Positions 28,081 to 38,105 of a DNA stretch of 64,000 nt are shown one piece after another (position 1 is the stretch's first letter; each line of letters opens with the position of its first letter). The stretch comes from Felis catus (lineage: Eukaryota): the NCBI RefSeq assembly GCF_018350175.1, contig NC_058368.1, positions 115,198,001-115,262,000 of the forward strand, in the 5' to 3' direction. Position numbers and translations under genes: made by a program. The notes beneath the pieces were generated by a model that had not been told where the DNA came from, made no database searches, and worked only from the letters and a program-made list of their open reading frames with translations.

Positions 28081-28123
28081 TCATCATCCTATTTTCTCCA
28101 AAGGGAAACTATGCCATGAGCTT

Positions 28124-28326
28124 CCTTCCTTTCTTTTGAGACAAAGTGTGCATGGGCATGAGAGTGGGTGAGGGGCAGAGAGAAAGGGGAACAGAGAGAA
28201 TCCCAAGCAGGCTCCACACTGTGAGCACAGAGCCAGACCCAGAGCTCAAACTAATGATACGGGGATCATGATCTCAGCCAAAACCAGGAGTCGGACACTT
28301 AACCGACTGAGACACCCAGGTGCCCC
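28124..28326 (-). mobile_element. CAN-SINE, ~190 bp into SIL1 intron 2
   Basis: TSD tatgc(c/t)atgagctt (28110-28123 / 28327-28340). Confidence 0.93.
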
Positions 28327-28519
28327 TATGCTATGAGCTTTAAACAGAGGCCAGAGGACTCGGTGGGGTGGGGAGGAGAGTACACATACTCCTTGACCCA
28401 GTGCTAACCACATTCCTGTAAGAAAAATAAAAGCTCACCCTACTCCCACAAAAGCCTTGGTGGCATGGAGGCTTTCTTGGAGCCTACAGGGATTCTTCTA
28501 TTTGTGTTAAGAAATTTAC

Positions 28520-28594
28520 CGGGTTCTGATGACTGAGGCAGAAGGTGAAGCAGGAAGCCATCAGCAGCCCGAGCAGCATTCCCAGAAGAGCCAT
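28520..28594 (-). CDS. SIL1: SIL1 first coding exon (exon 2), coding part: signal peptide [25 protein letters not shown] (25 codons, phase 0)
   Basis: Manual minus-strand translation matches recalled human SIL1 residues 11-35 ([25 protein letters not shown]). The ATG at 28594 has strong Kozak context (AGGATGG). Donor is CCG|GTAAAT. Confidence 0.95.
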
Positions 28595-28635
28595 CCTAGA
28601 AGGGGGCAGGCCCCGGGGGAGGCACAGTTAGAGAC
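28595..28635 (-). other. SIL1: SIL1 exon 2, 5' non-coding part (whole exon 28520-28635, 116 nt)
   Basis: Polypyrimidine acceptor ccttctgtcttctttgtttacattcctcag|GTCTCT. The sequence resembles the human codons for residues 1-10 but has no in-frame ATG, and there is an in-frame TAA at 28628-28630. Confidence 0.85.
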
Positions 28636-29199
28636 CTGAGGAATGTAAACAAAGAAGACAGAAGGTAAACAGGAAGCTGGTGCCTGATCCCCCAGCAATG
28701 TGATTCCAATGATGTCATGTGTTCAATGGATATCAGACATTTCCTGCACAGATGTATCAAAGGTCTTCCTTCTACCACAGGAGAAGATCTAAAGGAAGCT
28801 TCCAGCTACCATAAGGAGTCCAGCCACTCATGACCAGATATGCCTTGGTTGGAAGCAGAGAGCCAAGCAAGACTCTCACGTGAGATACAACAGTTGGGGT
28901 CCCTTCCTTCCTCACTATCAACTTATTGTCAGGTTGTACAGGGTGATATTGGCTATGATAAGGAGAGAAATAAGCTAATCAATTGATTTGTGTATCAAGA
29001 GACATGGGTCCAAATCCTCATAAGTCATCATAACCGTTCACTTCTAAACCATGCTCACTATTATATCTGAAAACAGATGCCATCAGTATCCCATCAACCA
29101 GCAAAGTTCCATATTCCCAAGCCATGAAGTCTTACACATCACTTTTCAAATGGCCCAACTATCCGAAGTACAGGCCCTAGTAGCTGTTAAAATCAAAAC

Positions 29200-30540
29200 A
29201 AAAGGATAAAAGGATATCCCATGTTCATGGATTAGAGACTTAATATTGTTAAGATGACAATATTACCCAAAGCAATATGCAGATTCAATGCAATCCCTAT
29301 CAAAATACCAAGGCTGTTACAAAAATGGAGAAACCCTTCTTTAAATACATAAGGAATTTCAAGGGACCCAAAGTAGACCCAAAGATGTAGGAAAAAAAAA
29401 GAACCAAGTTGGAAGACTCATACTTCCTGAATTCAAAACTTATTACAAAGCAATAGTAATCAAAACAGTGTGGTACTGGCATAAGGGACAGATGTAAAGA
29501 CCATTGGAATAGAACTGAGGACCCAGAAATAATCATGTGTACTCAAATGATTTTCAACAGGGTGCCAATACCATTCAATGGGGGAAAAATAGTCTCTTCA
29601 ACAAACTATTCTGGGACAACTGAATAGCCACATGCAGAAAATGAGATGGAATCTACCCTTTTGTCATGTACAAAACTTAACTCAAAATGTATCTAAGACC
29701 TAAATTTAAAAGCTAAACTTTTACAAGAAAATATAGAGGAAATCTTCATAACCTTATATTTGGTAGTAGTGTCTCAAAAATGACACCAAGACAACAGGTG
29801 ATTTAAAAAAAAATAACTAAATTAAACTCCATCAATATGTGAAAACTTTTGTGCCTCAAAGGACCTTATGAAGAGATTGAAAAGACAGCCAACAAAATGG
29901 GAGAAAATATTTGCAAATCGCCTCTCTCTGATAGGGTTTAATAACCAGATACATAAACAACAATGACAGCTATAATTTTTTTAAAAAGAAAATAACAAAT
30001 ATTAGCAAGGATGTAGACAAACTGGAACACCTCATACATTAGTGGTGGTAATGCAAAATGGTACAGCTGCTGTGGGACACAGTTTAGCAGTTCCTCAAAA
30101 AGCAAAACACAGAATTACCTTAAGATCCAGAAATTCTACCCCTAGGTATTTATTCTACCCAACAGTTCTGAAAATAGTGATTCAAACAGATACTTCCATG
30201 CAAATGTTCCCAGCAGCATTATTCACAATAGCCAAAAGGTGGAAACAACCCCAATATCCATCAACAGATCAATGGATATTTTTAAAGTGTTATGTATACA
30301 TACAATGGAATATTATTCAGCCATAAACAGAATGCAATTCTGATACATGCTTCAACATGAATGAGCCTTGAAAACATTATGCCAAGTGAAATAAGCAAGA
30401 CACAAAAGAACAGATATTGTATGATTCTATTTAAATGAATTTTCTTGAATAGCAAACTCACAGAGACAGAAAGTAGATTATAGATTACCAGGGGAGTTAC
30501 TACTTAATGGGTAAAGAGTTTCTTGGTACAACAATTTTGG
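29200..30540 (+). mobile_element. Old L1 (L1MB-like) ORF2 3' part + 3' UTR, degraded, antisense to SIL1
   Basis: atcccatgttcatggattag...cagattcaatgcaatccctatcaaaat. ORF 30042 contains TSMQMFPAALFTIAKRWKQPQYPSTDQW. Confidence 0.9.
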
Positions 30541-30569
30541 TCAGTAAACTAGAGAGGCAGTCAAGAGAA

Positions 30570-30665
30570 CTTAATCCAAATTGTTGAACCACTATATAGC
30601 ATACCTGAAACTCATTATTACACTGTAGGTTAACTAATGGGAATTTAAATGAAATCTTAAAGAGA
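30570..30665 (+). mobile_element. Short carnivore L1 3'-terminal fragment
   Basis: ttgttgaaccactatat...acctgaaactcattattacactgtaggttaacta. Confidence 0.55.
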
Positions 30666-30778
30666 AACACGTGTACTTTAAAAAAAAAAAAAAACTGGCA
30701 AATGACCTAGGAAAGAAAGGCAGAAAGAGAAATAAAACAAGCTAAAAATTTTAAGAAGCCTTAGAAAAAGTCAGAACA

Positions 30779-30998
30779 GGGGCGCCTGGGTGGCTCAGTC
30801 GGTCAAGCGTCCGACTTCGGCTCAGGTCATGATCTCACACTCCTTCAGTTCGAGCCCCGCGTCGGGCTCTGTGCTGACAGCTCAGAGCCTGGAGCCTGCT
30901 TCAGATTCTGTGTCTCCCTCTCTCTCTGCCCCTCCCCTGCTCATGCTCTGTCTCTCTCTGTCTCAAAAAAAAAAAAAAAGAAAGAAAAAGAAAAAAAA
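30779..30998 (+). mobile_element. Young CAN-SINE (SINEC_Fc-like)
   Basis: ggggcgcctgggtggctcagtcgg head. TSD agaaaaagtca(g/a)aaca (30763-30778 / 30999-31014). Confidence 0.96.
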
Positions 30999-33749
30999 AG
31001 AAAAAGTCAAAACATGTCAGCATTACTTCAAGCCCTTATAAAAGGTTTGAATGTTGATCACTCAGCCCTAATATATCTCATTAGGCCATGTATTCAAAAA
31101 AAGCTTAACTGTATCAGTTATAGGGGAATATCTCTGAAGATTATGGTGCTTACCTTTTCTCTTTCCTATTCCTGCCCCACTACGTGCTCCACCTCAAGAA
31201 ATTGGTCCTTTAACATGACTGCAGTGGGACCCAAAGTCCTACCTGAACCCACTGTCAGAAGTTATTACCGACTTGCCCAGCCCACACCTTCTCAGAGGCA
31301 GACGGAAACTTTCCCTAAGGACATCTGGAACCATAAAGGAAAACAGCCCTGCTGGACCGGCACTGTGCTAAAAAAGCATAGCCAAATGGAAAAGCAAAGG
31401 CTTGGGCACTAAAAATAGCTGCTACACTCACCCAGCAGCAAAAGCCTTTGCTTTCTGCCAGCTTCTCCCCTCTTTTTTCGTCGATAAAATGGAGCGGCTG
31501 AGTGCCACATGAGCTTTCCCCAGCAACCTGTTTCCCTGGGGCACCAATCATACGGAAAGACGGGGAGGGAGTTCACAACACAGCATTAGGTTCTGGACAG
31601 GTGCCTGACCATACCGGAGTGTGCGTGGCAGGGGAGGGGGCAGTGGCCAGGCTTGGTGAGCATGCACAAGGAGCAAACAGAGACTTCCACATCAGGAATG
31701 AAAGGGCTGGAAAAGGCCCAGGGAGATAGGTCCCAAGAAAAGACAGCCCTGGAGCTTCCTATAATGCCCCATACCTTTCTTAATCCTCAGCCTTTGGGGA
31801 AAAGGAAAATACAGAATGGAAGCAGGGTGCATTATCAGGAAATAAACCGTAAGAAAAAACAAAGATTATCCCCAAAGTCACAGATTTCCTTTCCCTGCAT
31901 GAATAGTGTTCAAGTGTACATGGATGTACACACACACACTTCAACACTCCCTTCTCACAGCCAGGGATAAACACTGGAATTGATGCTGGGGGAAAAGATG
32001 AGGAGGAAGAGATAAATGAGAATGAATTAGTCAAGGGCAAAGAAGACAAATGAGCAGGAAATCCAGAAGAGACTGAAGAAAAAGAGGTCGAGGGCAGCTG
32101 ATACACAAACAGCAGCTTCCCCACCCCACCCCCACCCCGAAGTGGGAAGGGGAATGCGTGGGGAGGGGGCAGGGGAGGTGGCGAGAGAAATGGCAGCTCC
32201 CACAAGGTTCCCAGCCGCCTCCATCTCCTGCACACACACTAATGCCCTCAAAAGCATTTTATGCCAATACTAAGGATGAGACATCGATTCACAAATGGAT
32301 CCTTCGTCTCCCCCCAGTAATTCCACATGGACTGCACACCTGACCTATTTACTGCCTCCATATATTTCTCCATGAAACACCAAGAGACAGAACATGTTGC
32401 AGGGAGGAGGTGCCTGAGGAGAGACAGGAGGAGTGAGGCTGGGAAAAAGATATGTCACAGTTTCCCAGGCTTTGCAGGGGTACCCTAAGAGCAAGTGCAA
32501 ATTCTGCAACATACAGGCACACACAAGCATCAGTGATGGTATCCTATGTCCTGCTAAGCAGTCTGGCCTGCAGCCACGTCACCTGGTCTTGGTCCTTACT
32601 CAACAAGTAACAAGTAGAAAATACGCAGTTTTCTCTGGGCTTTAGGCTGAAGGTGAGGGTGGGGGAGTATGGAAACAGACTAAAGAGAGGTGGCACACAG
32701 CTGTGTTTTACCAGGACAGCTGACATCCCACATCACAAGCAAGTATCTGGGCAGCAGCAGCAGCTAAAGAAAACCTCAGACAATAACGTAAGTAAAGCCA
32801 AAGTCATGGCATCCTTTTGAGGCACAGTTGGCACACTTGGGCTGATGTTAGTTCCCTTCCCAAACCCTACTTACCACCCCTAACACTGGATTTGCCTCAT
32901 CACCTGCCCCTGTACACCCTGCAAAATAAACCTTCCTGTCATTCTTGGCTCTCACTGGAAGACAGACCAAGGTCTTCACATTACGGTCTTCTTCTGACTT
33001 CAAACACCATCATTCAGTCTGGGAAAGGGAAACACATTTCAGTGTTTCAGCAGTTACTCTTTCCTTAAGTATCCTTGGGCTTTGGGACAAGAAGATAATA
33101 AGGACTAAAAATGAAATGTCCATTTTTTTCCATCAAAACTGGCCATCTGTAGGCTGTACCTTTATGTAAATTGAGGGTAGATGCTCCAGCAATCTGTATT
33201 ATCAGCTTATTGCAGCCCAGAGCAGATGCTTGCAGCATGGGTAGGAGGAGGCCCTTCGACTTTCTAGACCTTGCCTCTCTTGGGGCCTCAGGTCCTCTAC
33301 TCAATTCAGATAGGACTGGGGGAGAGGACTAGGCCCTGGGTAAAAAAGACTCCTCCCGTAACTTCTATCTTCTCTCAAGGCAGGAAAACAAAAGAATGTG
33401 ATGAGGATGGCAAGAAGCCAAAGGAGAAGTAGGAGAGCTGGATCTCTGAAAGCTTCTTAGATGGGTGGCAGACCCCACGGACAGTGGCTGCTCTCCAGTC
33501 TCAGGGCCAGAGAAGAGTGAGAATAGGAAAAGGTCACAAGTGTCCTGGGCAGGCAGAGTCACGTCAGCAAACTGCCTGAGGGCACTTTGAATTCCACCTC
33601 ATAGAATGCTCACGTTCTTAACCTACAGTTTGTGTCCATGTATTTGTTTCTCCAAATCTAGAAAAGTGAAAGGGCAAGAATTCCTACTTCTATCTTAAAA
33701 GAAGGAAATTGAAGCAAAAAGATAAAAACATGGATATAAAGTCTAGTAC

Positions 33750-33950
33750 ATGAATTTAGATTCAGAATGATCGAAGGCCATTTCTTAGCTCTGTCTATTC
33801 CTAGCTGTGTGATCTTGAATACGACTTACCAGACCTCAGTTTCTTTATCTGTAAAATGGCATAGTAAGAGCTCCTACCTCAAAGAGTGTTAGAGAGGATT
33901 AAATAAAAATACGGAAAATGCTTAACAAAGCACCTGGCACCTACTTACCA
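33750..33950 (+). mobile_element. MIR
   Basis: ctagctgtgtgatcttg...cctcagtttctttatctgtaaaatgg. Confidence 0.8.
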
Positions 33951-35845
33951 TTAGAGTAGGGATGATGACCTGCCCTTGGACACACAGGCAACCAGAGCCA
34001 GTCCAGGCACCCTGGTACAACTCTCCAGACCTCTGCCGCTTACAGAATCTACACATTCTTTAGCTGGCCCTATATCTCAAACTTTAGGACCAAAGCCTTT
34101 TTTTTTTTTTTTTTTTTTGGCTATCTTCGCCCAAGAGGTGAAGTAAACAGATGTTGGAAGAGCACCCACCCCCAGCTGAAAAAGGAGAGATGAAAGCCAG
34201 TTTTCTGCTGAGCCCCAAGGCAGACCCAGCGCACTCAATGCTTTTCCCAGCATACTTGTGTCCAGAGAGCCAGGCCACCATCATGTAGAACTGCCAACTG
34301 CAGGAACACCTGTCAAAACAACCTTCTGCTTTACAGACTGAAGGTTAGAGGATGAGCTCTTCCTACAGACACACATTCATTACTATTTATGGGCTGCACA
34401 AACTCATATACACATACACGGTCACTCACCTCTACACAAACAAACTCACCGCCTAATCTGAGCAAATACGAAGCTGAAGAAACAACGCAAAGAGGACACT
34501 GGAAGGACAGTCCTGACAAGAGAAAACAATGTGCAAACGCTTAGGAAAAGAAATGGATTTTTAAAGAAAAATTTAAAGGACAAAAGAAATAAATTTGGAA
34601 TAGTCAGGCAAACAGTCTCTTTCCCCCTAAGCCATAAACTACACAGCAAGTCAGGAGGAAAACAGCAATTAAATCCAAAGAGCCTATGAACAACAAAAGA
34701 AATGCGGCTTCTAATCCCATAACTAAGTCCATTACTGGCTGGGAGGCTGGACATGGAACATCCTTACCCACTGACCATTTGTGTAGTGGGGACAGTATCT
34801 GTCCCAAATATTGAGATCATGCCTAGGGCTGAGCAAATACAGACTGCTCTCAACAGACTCAAGAAGGAAATTAACTAGAGGAGGCTGTTGGAGGTAGAAA
34901 GTTCACAAGAAACCTAAGCCTCTGCCTGAACAGACAGCTACAAAGCCAAAATCCACTCATGCACATGCCTTCAAAAGAGAGCCCAAGAGAGGCTTTTCCA
35001 GTAGCAATATAAGGACAGTGCTGGCCCCACCTGAGAGCACACAGAGCCAAGAATTCCATGAGCCCAGTGGACTAGAGCCCTGGGAGGAGGACAACATGGA
35101 AAGAAATAGGAAGGGGGCATTCTTGATACTCTGCACTCCAAAAGGTGAGAGACATAACAACTCCCATCCCTACCTTAGTAGGCAAGGAAACAGATCTTTA
35201 AGAAGGTGGCTAAGCATATTAGCAAAAAACTGCAATCTCAGAGACAAAAGACAGTGGCTCCAGCTAAAAGAAATCAAAAGACAAGCAGAAAGAGAGCAAA
35301 AGCAAAAGGGACAAAGCAAATGGGAGCCCAGGTCAGCCCTCTCTAGACCTATCCTTACTCAAACAAGGCTATCAAAAAACTAAATGCTAGAAAAGCGTTT
35401 TAAGACCCAATCTCCATTTGGACTGCTAAAGATCTAAACAACAGTGAGGGCACTTGATAGCTACATTAATAACCACAGTTCAATGCCTTCTGGCATGGAG
35501 CTTTTCAGTGGATCCACGAAGTCTCTGGTAACTTCACACCTATTGAATACAAAGAAGCAGAGAAGGTTAGGGCAGGGTAAGAATGTTGGTGCCATCAGCA
35601 CAGAGGCAATAAGCAAAGCAACAAGAATAGACTCCCTGTCTTAGGGAGAAACCCAGAGAGAAAGAAAGAGCAAGAATAATCTTTAAGTCATGGCTAGAAT
35701 ATAGGAAAAGAAAAAAGCAAGCAAGGCAATCAAACAAGGAACGAGGACAATGGTGCAGAATCACAAAGGTCAACAGAGGAGAGAATCCTGAGAAAATCAA
35801 GTTCCAGGCAATGATGTCAAGAGATCAGTCAGAGTAAGGATGAGA

Positions 35846-36269
35846 GGGGCACCTGAGTGGCTTAGCAGGTTGATCGTCTGTCTCTGGATTTTGGCTCAGA
35901 TCATGATCCCAGGGTTGTGGGATCGAACCCCACATCAGGCTCCACATTATGCATAAAGCCTGCTTGAGATTCTCTGTCTTTCCTGCCCCTGCTGCAAAAA
36001 AAATTTTATTTTATTTTTTTTTATTCTTTAATTTTATTTTTTTTAACATTTATTTATTTTTGAGACAGAGAGAGAGCATGAACAGGGGAGAGTCAGAGAG
36101 AGAGGGAGACACAGAATCTGAAACAGGCTCCAGGCTCTGAGCTGTCAGCACAGAGCCCGACGCGGGGCTTGAACTCACGGACCGCGAGATCATGACCTGA
36201 GCCGAAGTCGGACGCTTAACCGACTGAGCCACCCAGGCGCCCCTGCAAAAAAAATTTTAAAAATAAAAA
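35846..36269 (+). mobile_element. Older CAN-SINE with a younger SINE inserted in its A-tail
   Basis: Head at 35846. Outer degenerate TSD agagtaaggatgaga / agaatgtggatgaga. Confidence 0.88.
36009..36243 (-). mobile_element. Young CAN-SINE (SINEC_Fc-like), nested
   Basis: Near-consensus with CpGs intact. Perfect 16-bp TSD tgcaaaaaaaatttta (35993-36008 / 36244-36259). Confidence 0.96.
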
Positions 36270-36307
36270 AGAATGTGGATGAGAAGATCCACTGGGTTTG
36301 GCAATAA

Positions 36308-36323
36308 GGCCACCAGAGGGCCC
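36308..36323 (+). promoter_or_regulatory. Candidate CTCF site
   Basis: GGCCACCAGAGGGCCC closely matches the CTCF core consensus. Motif only. Confidence 0.35.
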
Positions 36324-36824
36324 TTCAAAAGAGGGTACATGAGACAAGAAATAGAGGCACAAAGGTAGACTGCTTTGAAAGCTTGAGTGGGTCCATTGAA
36401 GTTTGGAGATTTGGGGCCACTTCTCTAAATCCAATTTTTTCAATATTATCACTTGAGTCTCTTGATGAAGACAAAGAATTGGCTCCAGTGGTCAGGTCCT
36501 AAAGATGGATCCTCTAATGCCATACAATGGTTTTCTATGAATGTGTAGAGCTACCCCCTCCAACACACATGTCTTCAGGACAGAGACAGGCACAGTCACA
36601 CCAGCAGAAGGAGGGAGCAGGGAGGCAAAGTCTTTAAGAACAAACTCCCACCAGACACAACTCCACATTCTCTGAGCTCTCCCATGCCCCAAACTGCTCA
36701 GAAGTTTTAGTTCTTGCACTTTGTAATACAGGATGGAGAGAAATACCCCAATGACACCAAATCCCCTAGGATTCAAATCAGTATCTGGACCACCCACAGG
36801 AAAATAAATTTTGTCTAAGAGCAA

Positions 36825-37030
36825 TTATAGTCAACATTTATAGAGTACTTGCTATGCTCCAAGCAAAGTTCTAAGCTCATTTACTCTTCGCAACAACCAT
36901 TTGACAAGGTTCTCATTCTGCCCAGGAGGGGACTGAAATTCAGAGAGGTTAAGTATTTTGCCCAAGTTCATGCAGCCAGAGTGGTAGTCAGGATTCAAAG
37001 CCAATCTGGCCCAGAACCCATCCTCTTTCC
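36825..37030 (-). mobile_element. MIR
   Basis: gactgaaattcagagaggttaagtattttgcccaagttca...ggattcaaagcc. Confidence 0.78.
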
Positions 37031-37218
37031 ATAGACCACGCTGCCTTTCCAGTGATCTATGAATCAGCCACAGAAACTGGACTCATTTTACTTATTCTTC
37101 AACAGTGTGAATGGATACAAAGGCACACATTCTGTGTCAGGAGAAAATTTTTTAAATGAGCCTATTGGGGCCCTCTTGTGGAGAGACCCACCTCTACCAT
37201 GTCCCAAGTTTTTACACT

Positions 37219-37245
37219 ACACACACACACACACATACACACACA
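37219..37245 (+). repeat. Interrupted (CA)n microsatellite
   Basis: Directly visible. Confidence 0.9.
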
Positions 37246-37859
37246 TATGTTTTTGATTGGTGAATGTCCTTGGCACAGCCCAGCTCACACAGGAGGCACA
37301 GATATTCAAGAAGAAGAACATCCTTGACTAAGACTGCAGCCAGGTTCCTGGCATCCTGTGTGTCTTCACCTCTTAACCTCCCATCATGCAGACTTCTCAG
37401 CTATACAAGAAGTGAAAGTATCTTTCTTCTCCAACCCCCAAACACTCCCCTCATATATACCCAACTGTCTGGTGAGAATGAAGCAGAGGGGATGAGTAAC
37501 TATATTGGCCAAGATGATATCCAAGCTTATTTCCAAATAGTCTGTGATCCTGACATCCCCACTCCCCATCCCAAAAACATTTAGGACAGGATTACCTCTA
37601 CATGGCAAAAGAAAATGAAGCCAAAAAGGTGAATGTGGTTTTCCTAAGCACACCAGTAAGTGACAAGGTGAATTAGAGAAATACCCCAGACCCAGTCAGT
37701 TTACTTCCCCTTCTGCCCTAGATTACAAGCTCCCAACAGAGAGTGGGCAAGGAGACCTACTTCTTCTACTTGTTCTCTGATCCTGCCTAATGTCCTTAAA
37801 GTGACCAGCCTATGTCTGATAACAGCCAAGGTTACTAGAAGGTGTACTCTACTCCATCT

Positions 37860-38105
37860 CCACTCCAGTGTAATGAAAAGAATGTGGGCTCCGAATGTCA
37901 AGCCAGGTCACCTCACCTAGTTGTGGGACTCTAGGCAAGCTGCTTAACCTCTCCAGGTTTCCATTCCTTCATCTACAAATGGACTTGATAGTAACTACTT
38001 TACTTTTCAGGATGGTTCTTGGTGTTAAGTGAGATGTTATGAAGCATATAGTACAGTACCTGAACAAAGTGAGGACTCAAGAAGGTTGTAGCTCTCATTA
38101 ACAAC
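37860..38105 (+). mobile_element. MIR
   Basis: ggcaagctgcttaacctctccaggtttccattccttcatctacaaatgg. Confidence 0.72.

Larger units (their letters stand above)
21973..28519 (-). other. SIL1: SIL1 intron 2 (~6.5 kb, GT-AG)
   Basis: Bounded by the exon 2 donor and exon 3 acceptor. Confidence 0.9.

Noticed and set aside
28596..28778. 60-aa minus-strand ORF running into exon 2
   Set aside because: Mostly intronic and out of frame with SIL1. Only its last 9 codons matter, as the vestigial GTG uORF.
30790..31041. Recurrent MAQSVKRPTSAQVMIS-type ORFs (also 606, 1051, 6287, 36050, 58105 and others)
   Set aside because: Translations of CAN-SINE consensus, not a gene family.
31014..32343. Cluster of 100-150 aa ORFs (31014+, 31653+, 31780-)
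   Set aside because: Low-complexity or unrecognisable products with no convincing exon structure. Consistent with chance ORFs.
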